Positions 27,110 to 39,240 of a stretch of 64,000 nucleotides of DNA are shown in pieces (position 1 is the stretch's first letter; each line of letters starts with the position of its first letter). The notes under the pieces are model-generated. The model was not told the origin of the DNA. It saw only the letters and a list, made by a program, of their open reading frames with translations, and searched no databases. This DNA is from Callorhinchus milii (Eukaryota), in NCBI RefSeq assembly GCF_018977255.1, contig NW_024704742.1:105030001-105094000 (forward strand), given 5' to 3'. A program made the position numbers and the translations under genes.

Positions 27110-28900
27110 TCAGTTATATGGAGAGATTAGAGAGGCCAGGATTGTTCGCCTTAGAGCAGAGAAGGTTAAGGACAGATTTAATAGAGATATTCGTGCTATA
27201 TCAAATGCAATTATTATTATTAAAATTATGAGGGGTTTTGATAGTTTCCTCTGGCGGGTGGGTGGGTAACCAGAGGACACAGATTTAAGATAATTGCCAA
27301 AAGAACCAGAGGGGAGATGAGGAGAATTTTTTTTATGATCTGGAATGCACTGCCTTGCCTGACAGAGTATTGGAAGCAGATTCAATAGTAGCTTTCAAAA
27401 GGGAATTGGATATATACTTGAAAAGGAATATGGGGTAAGAGCAGGGGGGTGGGAACAGTTGTGAAGATCTTTCAAAGAGCCAGCATAGGCTTCGCTCTTT
27501 CCTCACCTCTCACTCCCTCCACGAACCCCTCCAATCGGGTTTCCGTGCTGCCCACAGCACTAAAACTGCTCTGGTCAAACAACATCCTGACCATGTATGA
27601 CCAGGGCTTCCTCTGCCTCCTCGACCTCTCTGCCGCCTTTGACACTGTGGACCACGCAATCCTCCTCCACAGCCTCTCCTCCCACCTCAACCTTCAAGGT
27701 TCTGTCCTTGACTGGTTCGGTCCTACTTTTCACGCCGCCTCCACTTCGTCGTGGCCAACGGCTTCTCCTCCAACCGTCTTGTGTGGTGTTCCTAAGGGCT
27801 CTGTCCTCGGTCCCCTCCTCTTCACCCTCTACATGCTCCCCCTTGGTGACATCATCGGCAGACATGGGGTAAATTTCCACATGTATGAGGATGACACCCA
27901 ACTCTACCTCTCTGCCTCCACCCTGAACTCCAGGACTACTGGCGTCCTGACCTACTACCTGTCCAACATCAAGTCCTGGATGAGGGACAACTTTCTCCAA
28001 CTCAATGTCAATAAGACTGAGGTGGCTCGCGCCAGCGCCTCCACACCTCAGGTGCTGGCAGCATCAGCCTCCACGGCTGCACACTCAACCTCACTAAGCC
28101 AGTCAGGAACCTGGGTATCTTATTTGACCCTGAACTGTCCTTTCTCCCCCACATCTGCACCATAACCGGGACTGCCTACCACCACCTCCGCAACATTGCC
28201 AGACTCCGCCACTGCCTCACCCTCAGGCTGCCGAAACCCTCACCCACGCATTCTTCACATCAAGGCTCGATTATGGAAACTCTCTCCTCATCGGCCTTCC
28301 CAACTCTTCCCTTCACAAGCTGCAGATCATTCAAAACTTTGCAGCTCGTGTACTCTCACGCACCAGGCTCCGTGACCCTATCACTCCCACCCTCGCCCGA
28401 CTCCACCGGCTCCCCATCCCCCAGAGGATCGAGTTCAAGATTCTCGTCCTCACCTTTAAGGCCATCCATGGCCTTGTCCCCTCCTATCTCTCTGACCTGC
28501 TGACTCCCTATGAGCCTGCCCGCTCCCGCCGTTCATCGGGCTCCGGCCTGTTCCATGTCTCCCGCCCGACCCAACCTACCATCGGTGGCCGGGCTTTCAG
28601 CCTCTCTGCCCCCACACTCTGGAACTCTATCCCACAGTCCTTTCCCCTCGCTTCCTCCCTTGCCTCCTTCAAGGCCGGTCTTAAGACCTTTCTCTTCAAC
28701 CGTGCCTTTGGTCTCCCTCCCACCTCTCTGCATTCCCTCACCCCTACACCACCCCTCCCCCATGCTCGGGCCCTGATATCTGACTATTCAGCGTTTTGGG
28801 ACGTCCACCTGACGTGAAAGGCGCTCTACAAATATAATCTTGTTGTTGTTGTTGATGGGCCGCATGGCCTCCTTCTTTGCTGGAAATTTTATGATTCATT
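27110..28900 (+). mobile_element. CR1 3' fragment (27110-27489 and 28854-28900) split by an L2 insertion
   Basis: Matches 6378-6819 CR1; breaks after TTCAAAGAGCCAGCATAGG and resumes GATGGGCCGCATGGCCTCCTTC...TTTTATGATTC. Confidence 0.85.
27490..28853 (+). mobile_element. L2 LINE family A, 5'-truncated, RT to 3' tail
   Basis: LLDLSAAFDTVDH, GVPKGSVLGPLLF, FHMYEDDTQLY in ORF 27449-28165; tail GGGACGTCCACCTGACGTGAAAGGCGC...(TTG)n. Confidence 0.93.
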
Positions 28901-29879
28901 TTGTTTATAATGCGGAGACTGAAATATTGGATCCAGATGACTGTGTTATATAGGGTCGCCTTGTATTTCAATCATCATAATTAGACATTCCACCTAATAA
29001 GGAAAGAAGTAAAAGCTTTGCCTACAGTACACATTCGACTAGTGGCATTACAGTGCAAGAATTTTCAATTTGCACAATTAATGTTTCATTTCTTAAATAA
29101 AACACAAGTCTTGTTAACACAACAAAGCACCCTTCAGGCCAACTTTAATACAATCTCAAGATTAAAAACCTATTTTTTACGAAGCAGAAAATGCATTCTA
29201 TTTAAATGTTCATGTTCTAGCTCATTGCTTTTCTCACAGACCATGTATGAAACAATTAGAGCTTAGCAGTTTGACTATTTAATTGATGGATATCATTGGT
29301 GAAATTATTCTAAATTGTGTAAAAAATCCCAAATTATAATTCACATCTCTCCGTGGTGGCAAATGGCATTTCAGAATTCTTTTGAAACATTTGATGTTCA
29401 ACCAAGGCTAATGAATAAATCACTACCTGTCACCAGAATAACCTCAGGTGATTCAGTTTTTCCAGTTTATTGAAAGCTTCCTCCAAATATTTAATAGAAT
29501 ATAGTATTTAGCCATGAAGTAAAAACAGCACGGCACAATGCTGAGAACAAAAAGAACTTGCATTTTTACAGCATGCCTCAGCACTTAAAGACACTCCACA
29601 GATAACTGCTGTCAAGTGCAGTGACTGTATAGTGAAAGCTGCAAGGTTTCACAAACAGCGAAGAGCTGAATTAGCAATTGCATAGAATTACATAGAATAT
29701 CTAGCACAGAACAGGCCATTTGGCCCAACTGGTCTATGCTAACGTTTATGCTCCATATGAACCGCTTCCTGCCCTTCCTCGACTAAGCTTATCAGCATAA
29801 TCTTCTATTCCTTTCTCCCTCATGTTCTTAGCTGGCTTCCCCTTAAATGTATCAATTAGAGAATTGTTCGCGAGTACAC

Positions 29880-30090
29880 TAGGACGTCTCTTTTTAAGGA
29901 ACATCATTCAATCTTTAATGTCCACCTGAATAGGCAGACAGGATTAATATTTAATGGCTCATCTGAAGGAGACATTTCCAACAATGCAGCACTTAGCCTA
30001 GTGTCAGCCTGGATTGATTTCAAATCCTGATGTGGGTCTTGAACCCACACAACCTTGTGACCCAAAAGTAGGAGTGCTGCCAACTGAGTG
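29880..30090 (-). mobile_element. Degenerate Deu-like SINE fragment
   Basis: GGGTCTTGAACCCACACAACC B-box region and ATCTTTAATGTCCACCTGA core, homologous to 22900-23090. Confidence 0.55.
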
Positions 30091-31016
30091 AAACTACAAC
30101 TAGCATGGTGCCGTTGGATATAGTGTCTCATTAAATACGATTGCCAGCAGTGTACTTAAAAGTGAATTGTTTTTGTTCACTTTATTAGCATTATGAAAGA
30201 TGATGAACATATCCGATAAATCCTACTCCAAATAAAAATTGGGTAACAATCAGTGATTGTTTGAACTTTGAAAGAGGAAAAAATGGCTTGTGGTTGTCTG
30301 GAGTAAGACAGAAAAAACTGAACTACAGAAAGCAACTTCTTAGCTGAAGAAAGGAACACACAGGATGCTGTCCTGCAAATGCACAGATGTTGAGACATGA
30401 GCAACACTGACAAGAAGCAGGATTTTTTTCAAACGTTCACACAGAAGATAAAAGAGTGAAAGCTGTGGTTTGAAACAACTGCCAATTAAAAAGCGTGGGA
30501 GCCAAGGTAGGTTTGATGGGAGCCATTCTGTTAACAACAGCTGCGGAATTAACATTTCTGAGGTATACACACAAAGTACTCTATTGATTTTAGAGACATC
30601 AGATTAATATTTGAAGGGGTAAAATAACCAATTAAAAAGTCTAGAGAAATCCTCAACGACCCTACAGACACTGAAACCACACCAAATTTTAATGTGAAAG
30701 ACGTGGTGCTCACGATTCTCTCAGCTCTGCTTTACAAACTAAGTCGTCCCAGCTTCAAATCTATCCTCCTGAGACTGAGTAGCTGTGAATGAGCTCTATT
30801 TAAGATGAAGCAGAATCTTTTGAAAGATTTAACATTGAGAACATAACCAATAATAAAGGGAATGCTTACTGGTATTGGCATTGAAGCTTTTAATCAAGGA
30901 AATGCTTGCATCACGAACCATTTACCAGGCTATATCAACATGAGTTAAAAGTGGTTCTATTCAACATTAAGATAACATCTGCATGAAATTTTAATAACTG
31001 CCATTGAGTACATTAA

Positions 31017-33746
31017 TACAACTACATCATCTTGGATTTATATAGCGCCCTCCAGCGTCTCAGAGTACTTTACAGTTTCAGATCCCGGGACCAAGCCAGG
31101 GGGAGGGGGAGGAAGGTGACCAAAGGCGCAGTTGAAAAGAAAGGTCTTCAGCAGAGACCTGAAAATGGGAAGGGAAGGAGCGAGGCGAAAGGAGTGAGGA
31201 AGGCAGTTCCAGAGCCTCGGGTCATAGTGGCTGAAGACACGGCCCCCAAGGGTGGAGCGGAGGACTCGGGGGACAAGGAGGAGGCCAGACCCAGAGGAAT
31301 GAAGGCAACGGGTGCTGTTTTGAGGAGAGAGGAGGTCAAAGAGGTAGGGGGGTGCAGAGGAGTGCAGGGACTTGAATACAAGGGTGAGGATCCTGAAGTT
31401 GATCCTCTCTGGGACAGGCAGCCAGTGCAGTCTGGGGTGATCGGGGAGCGGAGTTTGGTGTGGGTGAGAATGCAGGCGGCAGAGTTCTGAATGAGTTGGA
31501 TTTTATGGATGGTAGTGGATGTGAGACCGGCGAGGAGGGCGTTGGGAGTAGTCCAGCTGAGAGGTGACAAAGGCATGGACCAGAGTTTCAGCGGCTTTTG
31601 GGGACAGGTATTGGCGGAGACGGGCGATGCGATGGAGGTGGAAAAAGGCAGTGCTGGTAAGGGACCGGATGTGGGGGAGGAAGGATAATTGAGGGTCGAA
31701 TCTGACGCCCAGGTTGCGTTCGGGTTTGGAGAGTTTTAGGGGGAGGTCGAGTAGGTGGAGGTGAGAACCGTGAGATTTTAGACATTGACAAGAGCCGAAG
31801 AGTATGGCTTCCGTCTTGTCAACGTTCAGCTGAAGGAAGTTTGTGCTCATCCAGCCCCTGAGATCTGACAGGCAGGCTGACAGAACATCAGGGGACTGGG
31901 GTTCGTTCACAAAGAGAGGTGGAAAAGTAGAGTTGGGTGTCATCTGCATACATGTGGAAATGTACCCCATGTCTGCGGATGACATCTCCAAGAGGAAGCA
32001 TGTAGATCAGAAAGAGGAGGGGACCAAGGATGGATCCTTGGGGTACCCCGCAGGTAACCGGGTGAGAGCGGGAGGAGAAGACATTTATGCAGATGTAATG
32101 CTGGTGGTTTGTGAGGTAGGACTCAAACCAGGCGAGTGCGGTCCCACTGAGGTGGATGACGGAGGAAAGGCGGTGGAGGAGGATAGCGTGATCGACTGTG
32201 TTGAACGCGGTGGAGAGATCCAGGAGGACGAGCAGGCAGAGGGATCCCTGGCCACAGATGGAGAGGATGTCGTTTGTGACTTTCACAGTCTCTGTACTGT
32301 GGGCAGGGCGGAAACCGGACTGGAGAGGTTCGAAGAGGGAGTGGGAGGAGAGGTGTGCGTGGAGTTGGTTGACCACAACCCGTGCTAGAACTTTAGAGAG
32401 AAAGGGCAGGTTAGAAATAGGGCGGTAGTGGCTGGGGTTTGAGGGATCGAGGGAGGGTTTTTTTTCAGGAGGGAGGTGATGACAGCAGTTTTGAGGGAGG
32501 CAGGGACTGATCCGGAGGAGAGGGACTGGTTGATGATGTTAGCCAATAGTGGGCATAGGAGGAGGAGCTGTGTGACCAGTAAGTTGGTGGGGCAGGAGTC
32601 GAGGCAGCAGGTGGTGGGTTTCATGGAGGTGATGGTGGGTGAGAGGGAAGAGGGAGAGATGGGGAGGGAAGAGTGTAGAAAGGGGGTGGTGGTAGGAGCA
32701 GATGATGAGGAAGGTGAGGGGGGCAGAGAGGGTGTGGTGGTGGGTGACAAGGGACAGGTGGATGAGGCTGCCTGGCGGATGTTGAGTATTTTAGCAGGAA
32801 AGAAGTCCATGACCTCCTCGCTCTTGGCATTTGATGTGAAGATTGAGGAGGCCTGAGGGGGGGCACAGAGGAGGTAGTGGGTGGTGGAAAAAAGGATTTT
32901 TTGGATTGTTTTTGGCCTCCAAGATGATGTTGGAGTAAAAGGCCGTTTTTGCGAGTGTCAAGGAACGGCGGTAGCTGTGGAGATGCTCGAGCCACAGTTG
33001 GTGGTGAACTGTCAGACCAGTTTTCTGCCATCTGCGCTCGAGCAGCTGGGTTTTGGTTTTTGGCGGTGGAGATGGTTGTTGTACCAGGGGGATCGGGTGG
33101 GTTTGGAGATGGTCCTGGATTTTAGGGGGACGAGGGAGTTGAAAGTGGAGGAGAGGCGATCATGGAGAAGCTGGACAGCTGCTTCAGGATCTCTGCGGGT
33201 GGAAGGCCAGACGGATAGGATGTCTGATGATGTGAGGGCCTTTGTGAGGGTCTCAGGGGGTAGCCTTTTCCAAGGCCGGTAGAGGACGGTTGTGGGCTTG
33301 GTGGAGGAGAGGGATGTGAGAGGAGAAGGAGATGAAAAAGTGGTCCGAGATGGCCTTGGCCACTATGCTAAGTCGGAAATGTCAAGGCCGTGGGTGATGA
33401 TGAGGTCAAGTGCATGACCACGGTTGTGGGTAGGTGAGTTTATACATAGGGTAAGGTTAAAGGAGGAGAGGAGGGCAGTGAAATCAGCAGAAGTGGTGCA
33501 GGGGGAGTTTAGGTGGAGGTTGAAATCGCCCATTATGAATAGGCGCTCGGAGCAGAGGGACAGGGAAGAGAGGAGAGTGGAGATGTCTGTGTGGAAGGAG
33601 CCAGGGGGTTTAGGAGGACGGTAAACAAGGAGGATTTTCAAAGGGACAGAGGGGTGGAAAAGGCTGAGGTGCTCGAAAGAGGGGAAGCAGCCAGAGGAGT
33701 AGGGGGTGAGGCCAAGGGAGGCTTTGGAGATGAGGGCCACCCCGCC
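31017..33746 (-). mobile_element. L2 LINE family B, nearly complete ORF2 (APE endonuclease plus RT), frameshifted, 5'-truncated
   Basis: APE motifs GGVALI, VYRPP, IMGDFNLH, PTHNRGHALDLII (33363-33746); RT motifs QSGFRPAHSTET, LDLSTAFNTVDH, GVPQGSILGPLLF, YADDTQLY; tail at ~31020-31050. Confidence 0.95.
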
Positions 33747-34390
33747 GATAAGCAGGAGATAAACTTTTAGGAAATGTAAATGTATAGTGATCATAAACTT
33801 GAGCATAATAATAAATAACCATCGTATTTGGAATAGCATCTTTCAAAGTGCTTCACAGGATTTTCCTGTTCAGGAGTTTTACTGCAGTGGTTATTTTTGT
33901 AGGTGAATACGGCAGCCAATTTGTACACAGCAACATCCCACAAACAGCTATGAAGTTAATGACCAACTTTATTCACGTCCAGCACTGGATTGGAGCATCA
34001 ACCTAGACTATATAAATTCAAAGTACTGATGTAGGGCTTCAACTCACATTCTTCCGAATCAGAGGCAACTGTGTTAACAACAAAGCCATATCCAAAAGCT
34101 TATTTTACAGACATTGACAGGGATCAAAGATTTACAAAAAATATACAACACAGAATCAAGCTACTCGGCCCAACCAGTCTATATCACGGTTTATACTTCA
34201 CCCATTCCTTACTCCCTCAGATATCCTTCCATTCCCCTCTCCCTCATGTGAAGGTCGAGCTTAATCTTGAATGCATCTTCATGATCTGATTCAACCACTG
34301 CTTCAGGCAGTGAGTTCCACAATCTCACTAACTTATACACAAAGTAGTTCCGCCTAAATTCTCTTTTAGCTTCCCTAGTGGCTATCTTAT

Positions 34391-34760
34391 GGAGTCCTGT
34401 AGCTCAGTGATTAGAGCACTCGCCTCACAAGTGAGAGGACCCTGGTTCGATTCCCGGCAGAGCATAATGTTGGGCAAGTTTCCTTACTCCACATGCCTTT
34501 GTTTACCTAGCAGTAAGTAGGAACCCGGTTGTTAGTTGATTGGTGGATCACTTTTCCGGGGGTAATAATTCCTTCAAAATAAAAATTTATTTGGTCACTC
34601 AATCCACGACTGTTTGTGGGACACTGTTGTGCGTAATTGGCTGCCACGTTTCGCCCACAAATATGCAGTCAATTCACTTTGCAGTATATTCTGTGAAGCA
34701 CTTTGAGACGTCTCGAAGACGTGATAAGGTGCTATATCAAATGCGAGGATTATTATTATA
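34391..34760 (+). mobile_element. tRNA SINE, full length, long subfamily, inserted in an old CR1 fragment
   Basis: GGAGTCCTGTAGCTCAGTGATTAGAGC A box, GGTTCGATTCC B box, internal TGTTTACCTAGCAGTAAGTAGGAACCCGG, (TTA)n tail; degraded minus-strand CR1 at ~34140-34390. Confidence 0.92.
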
Positions 34761-35199
34761 TTTGTAAATATCAGTAAAGTTGTGGAACATCCTTGTACGA
34801 GTGTAGCAATTCTCACCTGAGACAAACTCCATCAATTTACATGAGGAGGAGATGCCTCCAATCCCAGCACAACTCAGAGAGAGAGCACATTCAAAGACCT
34901 GTTAAACCTTATTAATTTGAGAGAATAAAAACAAAACAGGCCCTCAAACAGCAAACCAGAAAGTGATGACCATAAGACCTGAAAAACACAGTGAAACGGA
35001 AATCAGTCTGAGAATTCTTTGGCTTGGAGAGAGCAATGGATTTTGTATCAGCAATTTCTCTTCTGTGACATGTTCACTGATATTACAAAAATGCACAAAG
35101 AGCTCATATACACGAGCATAACGTTTTGCTTGAAGCATCAGAGTAGTAACCTTTCAAGATCTATCATTCATTTCAGTGCACATTTTCTGCAGCTGAATG

Positions 35200-35630
35200 T
35201 CGGTTTCCGTCCAAGTCTTCTCTCCTTGATTTCAAGTTCTTCTTACTCATTTTCAAATCACTTCATGCGCTTGCACCTCCCTGCCTATGAGATCTGCTTA
35301 CTCCCTCCACTCCACCACCTGCTGCCTCCACTCGGTTGGCTCCAGCCTCCTGTTTGTCCCTCATCCACTTCGCTCCACCATTGGTGGCCGTGCCTTCAGC
35401 CACTACAGTTCCTATGCCCTGAAACTATGGAACTCTCTCCTCAATCACTCTGCCTTGCCCCCTCCCTCCCTACTTTCAAATCCCACCTAAAGACCTTGCT
35501 TTTTGATCGTGCTTACGGTCACCTCCCTCCTCCCTCTTCCCCCTGCCTCGGCGTCAAACTCCATTACTGTCAAGCGCTCTGAGATGCTACCCTGCATGAA
35601 GGGCATTATGTAAATGCAAGTTGTTGTTGC
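35200..35630 (+). mobile_element. Old L2 3' fragment
   Basis: RSTIGGRAFS and LAPSLPTFKSHLKTLLF motifs; tail AAATGCAAGTTGTTGTTG. Confidence 0.8.
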
Positions 35631-35795
35631 AGGAAACACCAACTCACACTTTTCCCACAGATTAACACCGAATGACAGGGAACACCAAATCAAGAAATTG
35701 CACCATTTTAGGAGCTTGAGGCTCAATCAGTCTGAAAGAGTTCTAGGGATAACATCCCCTTTCTCTCGTCTAGAACAAAGAGACTAAATGTATTA

Positions 35796-36029
35796 AATAC
35801 AAAATACTGCAGATGCTGGACATCTGAAACAAAACAGAGAGAGCTTGGAAAGCTCAGCAGGTCAGGCAGCATCTATGGAGAAAGGAAAGTGAGTCAACGT
35901 TTCGGGGCCACGAACCTTCATCAGAACAGACAAAGGGTCTGTTCTGACCCAAAATGTTGACTCACTTTCCTTTCTCATTAGATGTTGCCTGACCTGCTGA
36001 GTTTTCCCAGCTCGCTCTGCTTTTATTTC
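35796..36029. mobile_element. Palindromic non-autonomous element, probably Penelope-like-element derived, with TSD
   Basis: ~100-bp inverted arms (35823-35924 vs 35927-36032), flanked by direct repeat AGACTAAATGTATTA at 35781-35795 and 36030-36044. Confidence 0.75.
35892..35927 (-). ncRNA. Candidate minimal type I hammerhead ribozyme motif
   Basis: Minus strand GUU-CUGAUGA-AGGUUCGUGGCCCC-GAAA-CGUU-GAC: conserved CUGANGA and GAAA boxes, loopless palindromic stem III (ACGU), short stem I GUU/GAC; stem II is weak in this copy. Confidence 0.5.
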
Positions 36030-36719
36030 AGACTAAATGTATTATTGTTCTTAGATAACACTTGGCTTGCTGACCATTTTGCCTCAATGATTCCCTTTAT
36101 ATCTCCAACCTTTTTAAACGGGAGTGTCGTAAGGTTCTTCTAAGAAAAAGCTCTCCATAACAGTTGACATTAGAATACTGTTGTGAGGAATTAAAGGACA
36201 ACAACAAAAGATGACCTTCATCGGAAATGGTGCGAGAAATTATACAGGCACTAGGGGATTGAAAATGCTACTAATCACAGCAGAAGAAAAACCACAACAA
36301 GTTACAAAAGCCTTTTCTTACATATTATGTACCAAAATAGACATGTGACCAACAATAACAAAAACAAACATAAGACAATGCAACTTGATCTATAATTACC
36401 CCTTTTAACATTTGGTGCATTGTGTCAAAAACTGCATAAAAAAATGCAGGAAAGCAGCTATGCCTTCAACTCAGACTTCCTTCTAAACACTTGAAACTAA
36501 GATGACTCTACAACGATGTAAAAATGTAGCTGAACAGGACACTGTGGTATGGATTTCCTGGAACTGCCAAACTGTCAATGATTTGTTGCATTTAACATTT
36601 CAGTTGATTACAATCATATGTACTTAATAAATAACAGTGAATTTGGGATTTTTGGTTCTAATTAATTACCTCAGGGTTCTAAATGTAGTTAAAGGTGCAG
36701 AATACAAAAAAATCAATAA

Positions 36720-36870
36720 TAACTTTAAGAGAGAAGATAATTATTTGGGGAGGACAAGTTTCCAGGACTATGGGGAGAGAGCGGGGGAGTGGGATTGATT
36801 GAATAACTCTTTTCAAAGAGCCGGCACAGACGCCGAATGGCCTCCTTCTGCCCGGTATAATTCTATGAAT
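36720..36870 (+). mobile_element. CR1 3' tail fragment
   Basis: Very similar to 6655-6810 (AACTTTAAGAGAG.AGATAATTATTTGGG...GAATGGCCTCCTTCTG...ATTCTATGA). Confidence 0.88.
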
Positions 36871-37519
36871 TTTTTTTTGAGATAAAAGGCTATTAGGATG
36901 TGAAACTTGTTGCCACAAGTGACTACTGAAGACAAGTTAACTATAAGAGTTAAAAGATGAAACTGTTCTATTCTTCCAATACCAAGAGATCTGTTTGGAA
37001 AACTAATAGTGAAACAAGCAAGATCCACATCAGATTTTCCTCTGCTGACCCTAATCACTACCAGAACAAACTAAATCGGCCAATTATTTACTTCAGTCTG
37101 TAGTCCAATGTTCTCTGCAACTCACACAAGAGACATTGCAAAAGATCTGCCGCCCTTTCCTGGCCTCCTTCAAATGCAAAGCCATCTTGGCAGACGTCCC
37201 AGTTAAATTCTAAACGCTGATCTGTTCAATATAAAGCAATCAAGAGAAGAGAGTTCAACAGAATAAAATAAATAGAATTACACAACATGTAACCAGAGAA
37301 CAACAAGAGGAAAAATACTCAGACCGACCTACCTGCCCAGGTAAAAACAAATTCTACTTGCCCCAGATCCCAGATATAAATACTTGTCAGGGCAGAATAC
37401 AAAAAAGGCTGATAGTTTTTTTTTGTCTTTCCAACATATAAAAGGCTGGCATCTCACACAAAAAAAAAAAATTCTCTCCAAGCTAGCAAACAAATACATT
37501 CTCAAAAGTCACCCAAAAG

Positions 37520-37748
37520 ATAATAATAATAATAATAATCCTTGCATTTGATATAGCGCTTTTCACCTCGGGAGGACGTCCCAAAGCGCTTCACAGAACA
37601 CACTGTAGAGTGAATTGACTGTATATTTGTGGGCGAATTGTGCTGCGAATTTGCAGCCAATTGCGCAAAGCAATGTCCCACAAACAGTCGTAGATTGAAA
37701 ATGACCAATTTATTATTGTTTTTGGTTTTGGAGAGATTATTATTGTTA
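37520..37748 (-). mobile_element. 5'-truncated SINE, short subfamily
   Basis: (TAA)n tail at 37520, body near-identical to 40982-41189, ends at GATTATTATT. Confidence 0.92.
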
Positions 37749-38776
37749 TAATTTGTTATAATGATAACAAATGAAAATAATTAACCAGTTTTAATCAATT
37801 TGAGTTTTTTTTGTGGTGAGGGAGGGTGGATCAGTCTTCAGAGAATTGCAAATACAACTAGTTAGCATCCAGATGCTGGAAAGACCATATATAAAACATA
37901 AATTCTCTTTTCCTCTTGTTGCATGGGTGGGATTAAAATATCCAGTTTTTTAAAGTTGAATAACCAAAATAGGAAGCCCAAAAGCATGGAAATTCAGTTC
38001 ATTGCAGCAGGCAGTACAGCTTCAAAGAGATTGCTCGGGGAAAATACTGAGTACTTATCCTGCACTCACAAGATACAACTCCATCTCCTCTTTTTTCCTC
38101 TCAACAATACAAGTGTAATTATGCATAGGTTTAATCAATAGCAACTCCCTCTCATCTCAAAGAAAGTTGTCTGCACACAAACTTAAATCCATTCAGCTTG
38201 CTTCTGTCACTCAAGTACTGTGCATTGAATATTTTCAGTCAAGCATCATTTACTAGTCAGTGAAAACAAAAGCTACAATTGAAAAACCTCATTAAATTCA
38301 CCAATTGTGTAGTTAAGTTCCCATCGTTGTGTTCAAACCTGTCTGAATAGTGGATGTGCAGTCTTACTTTCCATCCCTGCTCTTAAAGAAGGATCACTTC
38401 AGATGCAATGTCTAATGATTGTGGTCAGTCACTGCTGCTCATTGTAGGGTTGTTACAAGAAGGGTTAGGATTTCGACCAACAAAAATGAAGGATATTACA
38501 ATGATTCTATGATTACAACAATAACCCAGAAAGGTAAATACTCATCTGCCATTGATCTTCTATTTATAATCAATTTACAGTAGGTACCAGGTGGTTTCCT
38601 CATTCATTCAGTTAATTGGCCACCTGGCTTCTTCCAAGCTTCCACTCACATCACTGCAGTATTAAAAGAAAATCTGTAGTATAGTCTAATAAATGCAAAA
38701 CACTGGTTACACATACACGTCAAGACTTTCCTCTTCGATCATGCCTAAGGTCTCTTCCTTTTTGTAGCACATAAGA

Positions 38777-39240
38777 CTACAACTTGCATTTTTTAGTGCC
38801 CTTCATGCAGAGCAGAGTAATTATATAGTCCTCTACCCTGCAGTCAGGCTTTTAGCCGATCTGCCCTCACTCTCGGGAACTTCATCCCTGAGCCCATTTG
38901 CCTCACCCCTTCTCTCGTCTCCTACTAGGTTCGCCTCAAGACCTCCTATTTGACCCCACCTTGGTCATCTTTCCCCTCACAAGTTTGGCCCATACCCCTG
39001 CTGAATCTGACCCCCAGCTCGGATGGAAACCCTCAATTGTCCAGCACCTTGGGATGTCGTCCGCTGTGAGCCATATAAACGCAATTTGCTACTGTTGTAG
39101 TTTGATGCTAAGATAGGGAGAAAAGGGAAGAGATTTTAGGCATGATCGAAGAGGAAAGTCTTGACGTGCAATTTGAAGACAGATAAAGATGCTGCAAAGT
39201 GAAGGAATCGAGGCACCGAATTCCAAAGGCTTGGTTCCAC
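38777..39240 (-). mobile_element. Old minus-strand L2 3' end containing a plus-strand L2 fragment (~38840-39098)
   Basis: Tail CAACTTGCATT...CCCTTCATGCA at 38780; same pattern as old copies at ~10071 and ~51232; inner piece reads CTCAAGACCTCCTATTTGAC...TTGGGATGTC. Confidence 0.55.

Noticed and set aside
31843..33282. Plus-strand Gly/Glu/Arg-rich ORFs
   Set aside because: Antisense shadows of the C-rich L2 ORF2.
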